A DNA stretch of 64,000 nucleotides from Patellaria atrata CBS 101060 (taxonomy: Eukaryota): NCBI GenBank assembly GCA_010093705.1, contig MU006111.1:186001-250000 (forward strand). The letters run 5' to 3'. The first letter of the stretch is position 1. Each line of letters opens with the position of its first letter. Below are positions 26,313-38,518 of the stretch, one piece after another. The position numbers and the translations under genes were made by a program. Under the pieces are notes generated by a model that did no database searches, was not told the origin of the DNA, and saw only the letters and a program-made list of their open reading frames with translations.

Positions 26313-26417
26313 TGGCGGAGCCGAGAACTCGAACTGATGACTATGAGATGACTGATAGGAAATTGACTGAAGGAAATCATGACTAAGGAAAAATGCCACC
26401 ACTCAGCTATTGCCGCC
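26313..26417 (-). pseudogene. Degenerate tRNA-like element (tRNA pseudogene or tRNA-derived SINE head)
   Basis: The minus strand reads GGCGGCAA-TAGCTGAGTGG (A box) ... GTTCGAGTTC (B-box-like) ... CTCCGCC-A. The ends pair as an imperfect acceptor stem. The T stem and anticodon arm are broken, and there is an internal T5. Confidence 0.55.
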
Positions 26418-27175
26418 AGGATTAGAAGTAAGCCAACGTTTGAGCATTTATAGGGGACTTGTTTGGTGAAGGGATTTTGTTTGAATAGTTACTGACGTAA
26501 TTTGCTCCTGGCAGTCTCACCTGGTGTAGATGGGAGATGTTTTTTTTTCATATGAATTCATAACCACTGAGCTCCCCTTTCTTTATGTCCTCCCCTTAAG
26601 AATGCAACGGCCGAATCGATCTTCTCTATCCTTCCATCACGTTCTACAAATTTGCTCTTCAGAGTACAGTATCTCTGTATGAAGTTATTCATGCTTCGAA
26701 GACTTTATCAGCATTTACACCACCAGCTCGCCCTCCCTTGACGAATTTCTCCGTCCGTCTACCAATAAAGGGATTATCGACGCTACTTTTCCCCTTCTGT
26801 TCTGGTGTCTATTACGTAACTGTGCTTCCGAACCTTGGGATTTCGTTTCATCGCCATGGTCCGGTTGTAAGGTCTGGGGGGTTGTGTAAGGTTTGGGGAT
26901 TATGTACTCCCCCGTTAATCGTTACAGTGAACCCGACCCTTCCTTCACTCGATCAGATATAATCAGACTAGGAGACCTAAAGACACGGTTCGCAATATAG
27001 ACTCGACTTCACACTCGACACAGAACGAGCAGAGTCTTTGTAATAAGATTGTAAAGAAAAAGGAAAGAAAAAAAAAAAAAAAAAAGTCACCACCAATCCC
27101 CATCCCTATCCTATCACATCATCATCATCATCGTCGCCAGCCCGTCCATATACATAAGATTCCCCCCACCCTGGT

Positions 27176-27751
27176 TCATACAACACAACCGCCCGCCATC
27201 CTGTCCCCGAAATACAAATCCCGCATCGCAACGTAGACCTCACGATCCGTGGGTCTTCGTGACCGGCCACCCCTTTGCCGGAAAAAAGCTGCGATCTCGA
27301 CGTATGTCCGGCCTTCGGCTTTGAGGTACGCCAGTGCTTGCAGCTGAGAGGGCGTGAAGGGGTAGTGGTCTGGGTGCGGGGTGCGGCCGTGGTTACTTGA
27401 CCCGGTGTTGGGGGCGCGAGGGTAAGAGGGGGGAGTATGGGGGTAAGAGGGGGCAAAGGGGTGAGAGGTCCGGCCCCATACCCCTATGTTGCGGTCGTAG
27501 AGGGCGGTTGGGTCTGACCGGTGGGGGAGGTAGGGGTCGCTTGGGGACCAGGTGGAGTGCGGATGCGGCGACGGGGGGCTCTGGGATGCGTGACCGTAGG
27601 GTCCCGGGCGTGCGGTTTGATGCTGCCTCTGCCCCGGCGCCGTCGAAGGAGGATAGCTGTACGGGTGCGTGTTTGTCATGTCCGTGGCGGGCACGTTGGT
27701 AGGAGAGAGCAGGGCGTCGTAGTACGACCAATCTAGCTCGTCGGTTTGCAT
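27176..27751 (-). CDS. Orphan Pro/His-rich protein with a short C-terminal helix-turn-helix/Myb-like segment
   Basis: 191-aa ATG-initiated ORF with a TATAAA box about 85 nt upstream and a C-terminal PFTPSQLQALAYLKAEGRTYVEIAAFF. Confidence 0.5.
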   Translation of the reverse strand: MQTDELDWSYYDALLSPTNVPATDMTNTHPYSYPPSTAPGQRQHQTARPGPYGHASQSPPSPHPHSTWSPSDPYLPHRSDPTALYDRNIGVWGRTSHPFAPSYPHTPPSYPRAPNTGSSNHGRTPHPDHYPFTPSQLQALAYLKAEGRTYVEIAAFFRQRGGRSRRPTDREVYVAMRDLYFGDRMAGGCVV

Positions 27752-28807
27752 GTTGAATGCGGATGCTGGTGGAACGAAGGGTGGGTTGTTAAGGTAAGAG
27801 GGTGGAGTGAGGCGAAGGCGAGGTGCGAGGGGTTTATATCGCGTACGACGTGGGATGCTGACGTGGCGAGGAGCGGGAGTGTCTTACTGGTTCCTGTGAG
27901 TTGGAAGGTATGTGGTGGTTTGTTCACGTCGGCGTTGTTTGCTGTGGGCTTAGAGGTCATGTGGGTAGGATATTGTTCTCAGTTTCGTGGTGACACCGGG
28001 GCAGGGAAGGTGGAGAATGAGTTAGTCGGTATGTTTACGCAGGATAGATAAGTGAACTGGAACTTCCGGTCGATAAGGTCATTTTTCAAGAGCACTGAAT
28101 GCGGTATACTTGGAATATTCTCATCTACGTACCATACCTTCGTCCCATGCTTGGACCTCTGGAAACACATTTATATCAACAAATCGTTGAGACAACTCGG
28201 TGATATACCTTAGTAGCAAAAGTTAGAAGAATCGAGCACTGAATCCCCCAAAGTGGTAGTTTTCCTTTTAATGGAGCTCTTTCGGTCACATACCTCCTTT
28301 TCGGCTGTTGGATGCTGGTTAGGCGTCTAACATTCTTAGGCATAAGAGATAGATTTCTTATTATACAAAGCCAACATCTATAACACAACTTTGTACAACC
28401 GAAATCGAGTGTCTCCACTAAGAAGCATAACCGAAAGACTTACCCAATGCCATTGGAAAGGAAATACCCTCATATGCATGATTTACTCAAATATGTTCCG
28501 AATTATGCATTAGAGAATCTGATGGACTACCTCTTAAGAAAGTATGTAACCTTAGTATAGTAAAAAGAACCTACTGAAGTTGGAGAGGTTAGATCTGTGG
28601 TGTTGTACTCGAGGTCTCGTATTCTTTCATTAGCTAAAACGCTTTCCGGCCGACACGAGAGTGAAGGGAACAAGTAGGTTTGTGGGCTCCCCATACAGCA
28701 AAGCCGAACACGTTTTTATATATACCACCAGATATGCTATTAGGATACGGTACTTTAGAATTGCCCAGGGTGATGCTAAGGTTGAACTCAGTAAGTGATC
28801 ATCGAAC

Positions 28808-29882
28808 TATTTTTCGCAGTATACGTACAAATATTTTTCACCGTCTTTCTTCTCACCTAGCACCATAGACATCATTATAATCATTCTGGGGCGAAGAGGA
28901 GTATCATCTGCTTGTAATTTCCACGGAAGACAACTGGGAGAAGTGTGAAGACGATAACGATCATCAGCAACAAGATGGGAATCTGGACTGCCCCTGAACC
29001 TTTGCTTAATGATTGCATATAAATCTCCCGTCGTTCATTCCGATGGGAAAGAGAACTGGATTCCGCAAACATCGGTCACGGTAACGGGTGGTCCGAAGTA
29101 TGTGAATCTCGTTTCGATAGTCTGTAGGGTAGACTGGACCTGACATACGGTAATATATATCTGTTGCACGTTTGTGCTAAGACTCTAAATAGCAAGTTCA
29201 TAGTGGAAGGTGTAACAGTAAGCGGACCAGCGCTCAACGATATGTAGGAATGTATTAAAAGGTGAACAGTGACGAAGGGAAATTTAGCTAGCGTACCTAA
29301 GGCCCTTAAACATTTCCAAAAATGTCTTCATAGGCCCAGTGGATATATTATCAATGATATCAATCACCCTTGCAACCGTCGATTTGGTCTCCTGAATAGT
29401 GAGACCCTGAGCCTCTAGTTGAGTTTCGAGTTGATGGTAGGAACTTTCCGCCCGCTTTGAGATGACTGTTAACGTCGAAATCTGGTTTTTGTTTAAGGCC
29501 AAGTTTAGGATTGATGAGGAAGGTAAGATGGCCTCGCAGTTTGACAATATCTTCCGTCTTTTGAAACCCCAGGAAAACATTCGCTGAGTATCCTTGAACT
29601 TGCCCTCCGACTGTTCAGTTCCCAAACTCCGCCCATACTTTTGAATATCGAGGAGACATTGTTCCAGAGAATTTTTACAAAAGCCAGCTGCCGATCTAAT
29701 ATTTCACCATCTTCCGCGTTTAGGGTCTGGACCTCGTTTAATATGGGTTTAAGACATTTGAGGTCTCGTACAAGTTCCTGATACTCCGATTTTGCTCCTT
29801 TGGTATTGTGGAAGATGCGGGTGGTCTCATTAACCAGCTTCAATAGTGCTAAAAGGTCACTAGCGGAAAATTCAAAGGACAT
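28808..29882 (-). pseudogene. Pseudogene: fungal STAND/NLR-type N-terminal helical domain plus ubiquitin-like domain
   Basis: MSFEFSASDLLALLKLV..GAKSEYQELVRDL continues only after frameshifts (CKNSLEQCLLDIQKYGRSLG..WGF; then EDIVKLRGHL in a third frame). A second exon, ETRFTYFGPPVTVTDVCGIQFSFPSE*..IIKQRF..LRPRMIIMMSMV, has an in-frame TGA at 29035-29037. Confidence 0.7.
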
Positions 29883-31375
29883 TATTGCTGAGAATCGCAG
29901 AAAATGTGTCAACAATGGGATGAGAAAAGATGAATACGAACAGACGGAATGAGTATCGACAGCATTCTCATTTGTGTGACTCGGAGAACATAATAGTTGA
30001 ACTAGCGTGAGCAGAGTAGCTATGCAGAGAAAGGTAACAGGAAGAAAATTCTCCTTTAAATCCACTAGCAAGATTGTTGCTCGATAATAAGGTATGAAAG
30101 TTGCACTATGTGGAACGAAGACATTGTTTGCTCTCAAGGGTCGAGCTCAACCTCTTGATATACGGACCACCATTGGTCATTATGGGTGTTTTGTGATACT
30201 TATATTCCCCCATCCTGAACATAAGACCATATAATTGGGATTGAAAAAGCAATTAGGCAGAGGTACCCTGAGCACGTGCAACAGATTGCAAACTCATACT
30301 GCGCTAGTCACCTGACCCGTTTGAGACACTTTGACTTTGGTATATAATATATCGGTTCAAAGAAAAATCTCGGTGGCTCATTAGGGGCCACGCACGGTTT
30401 GCATGCGTGCGGCGATGGGGTTGATTCTGGCCATCGTTAAGTTCATTCCCTTTACTGTTACCGATAATTTTCTTAAAGCAGCTTATCCTCCTATTAGATA
30501 TCCTAGGATCCGGGGGTTACCACCACCGGGACCGTAAGGATAACCCAATACGGTGTACTGGGTTAGACTTGAGGAATCAAATTAAACAAACTTTTTTTTC
30601 ATCCTGACTTTCCTTATTTTTAATTCAACGCTTGACAAGTAGCGAATAAGACGTATATGCCACGATAGAAGGAGGGACTTAGAGGAAGAGAAATATAAGT
30701 AGGTTCTACTTTAGTTCCTTGAAGCATATAACCTTCTTTCAGCTCCATGAGACCGAGAGTTATCTTTTTCAACAAACTACTCGAGGGTTCACGTACATGA
30801 TTCGTTATTACTCATATCTCGTTAAGGTGGAGAAGGTGGTTTTGCAGATTCTCCCTTACGTCTTCCTGTGGGCGTCATAAGGTTTAAATCAATCTGCTCG
30901 TAACGTGCGGACAAATGCAGATCTCGAAATCATAGACTATGCGGACAAGTATAACCCGGCACCATCGAAAACGAAGAAGATGAGCAATCTGTCCTTCATT
31001 CGCCTAGTTGATGGCTTCGTCTGTAATGTTCAGATATGAAGACGAAATCTTGTCGAAATCTTGTTTCAGCACGGTCCATTTAGAACCAAAGTGTCATCCC
31101 AGGTCGCATCACGTGGACGGCTTCGCATTGACTCCCTCGAATACGAACATAGCGTCTCTTCATTTGAACGCCTATCAAGGTATAATAAATAAGTAAAAGA
31201 CTATCGGAGCTTCGATGGATCGTTTCAAGTTCTTCCCCTCAACAGTTCCATTGCGTTTTCGCAATCTGTATTTCACATCCACAAAGTATAATACATAGTC
31301 ATACCTTAACCGGAAAAAACCATTCAAAAGCAACAAGTCATACGTGCTACACACCATTTCTCTATCGTCCGAAAG

Positions 31376-32537
31376 ATGCACTTGCACACCATCCTTACCT
31401 GGTTCAGTCCAACCTACTCCGCCCTCTTCTCCCCCCTCCTATGGTCATACCGCTGGCGTCTCCTAGCCTTCCAACCCCTCGCCCTCCTCATCAACAGCCT
31501 CAAATACCTCCCACTACTCTTTTCACCCCGATACACAGTCCTGCGCATCCCCGTCCGCAACAAACGTACCGTACGAGCTCTGGTCTTCCGCCCCCCCCCA
31601 GCAACCCAACTCAGACGCAAACACATCGCGCAGATTCCTGGCACCCTTACACCTCGACATCCACGGCGGCGGCTTCCTAGGCGGCATCGCAGAGATGGAC
31701 TTCCCCTTCTGCAGCCGCCTGAGCGATCTTACGGGCACCGTCGTGGTTTCCACCGAGTACCGCCACGCGCCCGCTTACCCGTTCCCCGCCGCTCATGAGG
31801 ACGTGGACGATGTCGTGGATTGGCTGTTCCACAACGCGGGATCGGAGCTGGGTGCGGACCGAGGGATGTTTACCGTGAGCGGGTTCTCCGCGGGCGGGAA
31901 CCTGGCGTTGGCGGTGAGTCAGGGGAGGCGATGCCGGAGGGGGGAGAGGATGAAGGTTAAGGGGAGTGTGACTTTTTATGCGCCTGTAAGGATGCCGTAT
32001 TTCCTTTTTTGCTTTCTGGTCGGTTCCGAGTTGTAGGGAGTCTGCTGAGTGCTGTTTTTTGAGCAAGGTCGATTTGAGGGTTCCGCCGGAGAAGAAGCCT
32101 GTTCCGCCCGGTTATCCTAAGATTGATCCACTGAGGTTCTTGCTGCCTTTGTATGACTCTTATGCTGGACAGGGGAATCCACGGGAGGTCACGGATTCAA
32201 GGTTGCATCCGATATTGGCGGATGTGGAGACTTTGCCTAGGAATATGCTGTTCATCATTCCAACCATTGATATACCGCTGCACGAGCAGCTAACTTTCGT
32301 CGAGCGGATGAAAGCAGACCTGCATAAAAAGGGAGTCAAAGAGACTGAGAGGAAAGTGGAAAGTATTATCTTCGAAAAGGGGTTTCATGGATGGCTAGAA
32401 GGTATGTTAGGGGTATAGTTTGACTCCAAGTGCTAAGCATAGTAGTGCCTTCGTTTGCGATCGACGAACAAACGAGAACTGAAGCCTTCAATGCTGCATT
32501 CCAGTTCATAGGAGAGATCCATACGAGATATAGCTGA
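31376..32537 (+). CDS. Alpha/beta hydrolase (HSL/carboxylesterase family) with an apparent frameshift in a C9 run
   Basis: LHLDIHGGGFLGG, EYRHAP..FPAAHED, GFSAGGNLA and FHGWLE, with two introns. The N-terminal frame differs from the HGGG frame by one extra C at 31591-31599. Confidence 0.8.
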
Positions 32538-32782
32538 ATGTAGGGAACAGCTGGGATGCCTTGCCTCAACTGTGGTATTACCAGTCAGCTCTCAGGCCAG
32601 AGATGAAAATGGCGAATCAGCACTCAATCATCGAAATAAAATCACATCTCTCCTCAGCACAAGTTACTTTGTTAGCAGCAGGAAGTTTCTGTATTTGTCC
32701 GTCATGCATATCATCTAGTTACATTGACCCCTTAATAGCAACGACCCAGCGTGATATCGTGACTGAAAATCAGATCATTCGT

Positions 32783-33374
<592 letters not shown>

Positions 33375-34065
33375 CTATCAGCCTCAAAAAGAAGAGGATT
33401 GAAGGTAAGAAGTAATATTACCTAGACAAACGGATTGTCCTCCTCAGTACACTGCAGGTGTTAGGTAGAAAAGATTTCGAATATTGGACGTTGAAGTATA
33501 ATATCGCAGTGTGGTGGCGCTAATGCGGCTGGGATTTCTAAGCGACACCGGCTGACGGTTAGTCCGCCTTGGCATCGGCTGTTGGCCCCGCAACCATCGT
33601 GCAGGTACTGTTTACACCAGATTATCTGCACCTAGGCTCAGTCTCATGCATATACCCATCTGATATTTTCATCCTACACTCAATTTTGCATTTCTGCAAT
33701 CTGAACTCGAAAAGTCTTAACCTCACTTAAGAACTACTTAGAAGAACATCTTTAATTTACAAAACACACTCGACACTCTTCCGAGGGAGCAAGCTTACTT
33801 TCCGTCTACTCCCTGCACGAAGCAACTCCGGCTCTAAAGCCGAAGAATATATATCGAGAAATACAAATCAATATTTTCCTGTACTGAGAAGGAGGAATTG
33901 AGTTTCTCTCCGCCCGGCGGACGCAGTGCTAGCTGCGTGAGGTATGAAAAGTCTCTCGTATAGCTCATGGAGAACTGTGCTAACAACGGAATGTTCAGTT
34001 ACGGACCCAGAAGATATCCCATATATCTTAGACAATTTTCCAACCGGACTCGACTTGCATTCAAT

Positions 34066-35983
34066 ATGCTGTCCAATCCGTCCTCGAGCATCCAAAAGCG
34101 GCGTCAAATGCATAGACGACAAAACTCAACACCGTCTCTCGAGGTAGTGAACATGCCATCACTTCCTGCCATACCGCAGAAGAAGATCCAACACCGAAGG
34201 GGAATGAGCCTAGACCAAAGAGTCTCCGTCATTGCACCATTCCCGGACCGGACGATAACAGCTAACAACCGACCCAGATCGCAGGATTCACACATGGTAA
34301 GTATTACTAACATAGGACAACAACAACCACAGCATTCCGTGCAGGTAACGCAGCAGCACGTACAAGCCCAGCCGGGCACTCAATACCAGAAAGAGGTACA
34401 AAAACAGGAACCACAAACAAGACCACAACCATCCGAGGAGCAGATAAGGAATCTACAAGAACAGATAAGATCAGTATATGGAGTTGAGGGAGCATTTATC
34501 GTACTTCCCGGAGCGGTACCAGCACCGACAAAGACATCACCCCAGGTGAAAACGGAGCATCTTGACATAGCTCCGATGCCCAGTAGTTTGAATGACCTCC
34601 CAGAAATAAATTTAGAACCCATGAGCGTAGGAAACAGCTTTGACTTTAAGATGGGTAGCCAAGGGGGCGATGTGGGATATGAATCTTCCTACTATTCGGC
34701 ATCGCCAGGAAGATCACCAATGGCATCTCCACATCAGCGATCAGTTGCAACCTTTCAAGGTCATAACTCGCGGTTGGGTATCAGTGGTGTACCACTGCTC
34801 CCGGTAGCAGAAAATATGAACGACTTTGATGCATTTCTTGCATCTCCTACCAGATCACCACTCTCACCAGGAGCGATGTCAATGACAGATTTGAATCTAG
34901 GGTTCGACGCTTCCATCGAAGCCACTGGTATCTCCCCAGAGGAGGTGCAGTCATACATCAGTGAGCAAGACCAGTCAACACACCGATGGACTTGCCTTTA
35001 TCCGGGGTGCGATAAGACATTTGGAAGACGAGAAAACATTCGATCCCACGTCCAGACCCACTTAGGGGATCGTCAATTCCGCTGTAACCATTGCGGAAAG
35101 TGTTTCGTAAGGCAACATGACCTCAAGAGGCATTCTAAGATCCACACTGGCGACAAGCCGTACAAATGTCCTTGTGGTGGAGGATTTGCACGACAAGACG
35201 CCTTGACGAGACATCGACAGCGAGGCGTTTGTGAAGGAGGCTTCCCGAGTGCAGCCAAGAGCACAGCGAGAAGGGGAAGGCCAAAGAAACAGAGACCGGA
35301 TCTTGAAGAACGAGCAGACAAGGCAAATAGAACTCGAAGAGCGTTGGCGTATGCATCATCATCCTCAGGGGCATCTCAATGCTCCGACGTGTTTTCGCCA
35401 ACTGGCAGCTTTGACGACTATGACCCTACCAGGATTGAGTTCACGGATCTGCGGTCATTAGAGGCGCAGCCATCAGAGCCGGCATCTGATCCATTTAGGT
35501 AAGTCATAATCCATCAGAACCGATACACACCGTACTAATATTGCCAGTTTTGATACAACATCAAGTCCCTACAACAGCGACGCCATCGATACCGCCGCCA
35601 CTTCATTCGACCTGAAAGCAGCCACAGACAATCTCTTCCAGCTCTCCACAGAAGCATTCACACAGACCCCCCCCATGTCACCGACAAACCAAAGCCCCGA
35701 GGCCAACGAAAACGCAGTTCTGGAGCTACTCAAGTCCTCAGAACCGAACAGTAAAGCCGGACCACCATCGAACCATCTCACAACGCCGCCAACATCGCCA
35801 GCACAGTTCTTCGACGAGTTGGATCAAGCCGTCGCTTCGTATGGAAACTCTAATCAAGCGATGGACTTCAGCATGTTTTGTGATGCGGGAGATGGGACGG
35901 TGTCAAGCCCGGAAGAGATTTTCAGTTCCATGACCCCCGAAGAGGCGTTGGCTACGTCTATGGCTTGGATTGATGCGTTGTAA
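34066..35983 (+). CDS. ACE2: C2H2 zinc-finger transcription factor, Swi5/Ace2 family
   Basis: HRRQNSTP, HRRGMSLDQR, CLYPGCDKTFGRRENIRSHVQTHLGDRQF and KPYKCPCGGGFARQDALTRHRQRG. Intron about 35499-35548. In-frame ATGs at 33967 and 33991 are alternative starts. Confidence 0.88.
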
Positions 35984-36556
35984 GCAGAAAGCATCGGTGC
36001 TTGATATCGGATTTCTTCAAAGCGGTGCTGTAAGATATTACGACTGGCTCATGAAACGGGACTGGGACTCAATGGAGTTCTGGCTTAACCATAAGTATCG
36101 GAAACGGCGTTCTTGGAAATCAAGAACGGGATTGGGTCATGAGGTAACGGATGTACGGTAGATTGATGCTTGTAATTTGTTTCCACTTTGGGCGATTGAC
36201 AGTAAGTTAGGCGAAAGCTCGATATTTGCTCTTACCATTCTGTCCCTACAAGTAACGGCGAGTAGATAATAGTCAAGGAATACTTATCTTCTGTCCTCTA
36301 TTGAGGACGTTGTTATCCAGCTTTTATTTCAGTCCTGTTGTTCCTCTACTTTGATGATTTGACTTACCTTTATTGTAACTCCTTGCTTCGAGTATTCTTT
36401 GACTTCCGTATACAGGAGCTAAAAGATTTACAACCCTGCAAATAAAAATCATGTATTGGAAACTTATATACACTCGCGACTCAGGGAAAATTTAAATTTG
36501 GTGGATAAGAAAGGGGTGAGGGTGTGTATGGGAGTCTTTTTGATTGCATGATTCAC

Positions 36557-36719
36557 TTACTGTGTACTCACTCTTGATAAATGTTATAATCAATTATATA
36601 CTGGAAAGACAAGCAAATGATAAGGACTGATAACTGTAGAGATCATCCAATGATGAATGTCAAATTTACTGTGTACTTGCTCTTGATGCTGGCGGTGGTT
36701 TTAACTTAACAGGAAAGAC
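36557..36719. repeat. Degenerate direct duplication with 109-nt spacing
   Basis: TTACTGTGTACT..CTCTTGAT at 36557 and 36666, and GGAAAGAC at 36603 and 36712 (both offsets are 109). Confidence 0.7.
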
Positions 36720-38518
36720 GAGAGTGTACTGTACCGGAGGATTGTAGCTGTATACTTGTCATACCTCTACAGGTTGTGGATCTCTTTGAGAATCTCGAGA
36801 TCAACGGATGGCCAGTCGATGTTGAGCAAGCGTACAGGGGCCGAGGAATGCTGGTCATGAGAAGGGAGAAGAGGATTTGGACTTTTGACTTTTGAGGGAC
36901 ACGACAGGTTCTGTTCTACGATATGTTGAAGACTTTAAGTGAACCTTGAACCTTGTCTGATGATTTCTTCCCAAATTTGATACCGGTGATCCCAAAATCC
37001 AGACCCGCGTACCCGTTCCAGCCGCATTCTCATGTTTCAGAGGCATGAACGTTGATCGACGGCGTGGACGGCTGCTTTGACCCCTTCGCAGCGGGGCGCA
37101 CGTACCACCTGTCCCTTAAGAGCCTCTCGAGACGAACGTTTGCAACACAGGAATGAGGGAGCAAAAACCTGGAGTCTTGCCATTGTTTCCTGCGATTGTA
37201 TGTCTCGTAAAGTATCAATGGTTTCATATTACTGTGTGCTCTCCTGAGAATAAGATCGCGATCGCGTAGAGAGACGCGACGGAAAATAGTAATCTTTTAC
37301 TCATAATTCATCCGAGAAAGGAATAGTGTCGGGATACTGCAGTAAAATTATGAAATTGCAACAAGTACCCGCCTTTTAGATCGGAAGTTGTGGGACTCCG
37401 GATGCCGTCCGGTTTTTGCTCTGATGGTTGGGCGGGACAAATCTCCCAAGCTTTCTGTTTCTAGGAGACCAGAAATCTAACGACGATGATCTTCGTGGAG
37501 CTATGATGAGCCTAAAACGGAGGCCTTTTTTTTTTATATTTTTTTTTATTAAACTTTCGCGTCCGCAACCGTCGGTATTGTAACCGTTGAGAGCCGTTGA
37601 CAGCCTTTGATGGAGGATATCGTAAAGAAACGTGATATTGACATCATGACTGGAAAATGCAGAGCCTCGAGTGTAGCGCGCTTTTAGGTTATGAGCCAAT
37701 CTACGGAGTATGTACGAGCGCATCATCGAACAGGACGAGCGTGCGTGATTGATGTTGAACGTTCAACGTTCTGTGTACCATGGGAAAGGCCATCTGAACT
37801 AAAGTATATTGTCGTCCTCTGTACTGAGAGTGGAGCTGTGAGACGTTAATATCTATTAAATCTTATCAAACAAAGAAAATTCTTCAGATCCTGTACTGTA
37901 CAACTCATCAGAAGCGCAAGACAAGACTCCGCTGCGTCCGTTCAAATTGCTGACTACCCCAAGGGTCCGAGGCGGACTCAGCCAGCAGACTAACGTTCAA
38001 AGATTACGGTTTTATAACCACGGTCGCCTAAAATTGTAGGCGAAAAGGCCTGTATTGGCGTGAATAACTTTGATGATGCTTGAAAAATGGTGAGATACAA
38101 CGAGCATAAAGACGATGTCGTGGTCTTGATTGGCTGAAAGGGAACCTAATAGGCGCGGTGCAGCTTTTTTAAATTGCGAAAGATCAGAGAGGTCAGACTC
38201 AAGAGAAAGGTGACTACTGCGGCCATTGCCAACCCTTTCCCGTCACCATCCGGCCCTTCCACCACCCAAGAGCTTCTACACTCATCTCTTCCTTCTCTCT
38301 TACTCCGCTCTCTCTTCCTCCTCACCTCTAACTCTGCTGTTCTGATCCTTCTTACATCGAACATCTTATCCTCTGCATCTCCCCACTCCATCAGGTCTCA
38401 CGAGGCGCAAAGTCTCTCCGACGGTGCGCATTTCGAAGGGTCCTCGGAGCTTCACAAGCCATTTCCCGCCAGTCAGGTTCGCCGCAGATCGCACGACCTT
38501 CTTCAAATCGCCTCCAAA

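Noticed and set aside
31215..31298. ATG at 31215 as an earlier hydrolase exon
   Set aside because: The frame stops at TAG, and the only rescuing intron would be about 31 nt. At most a short uORF.
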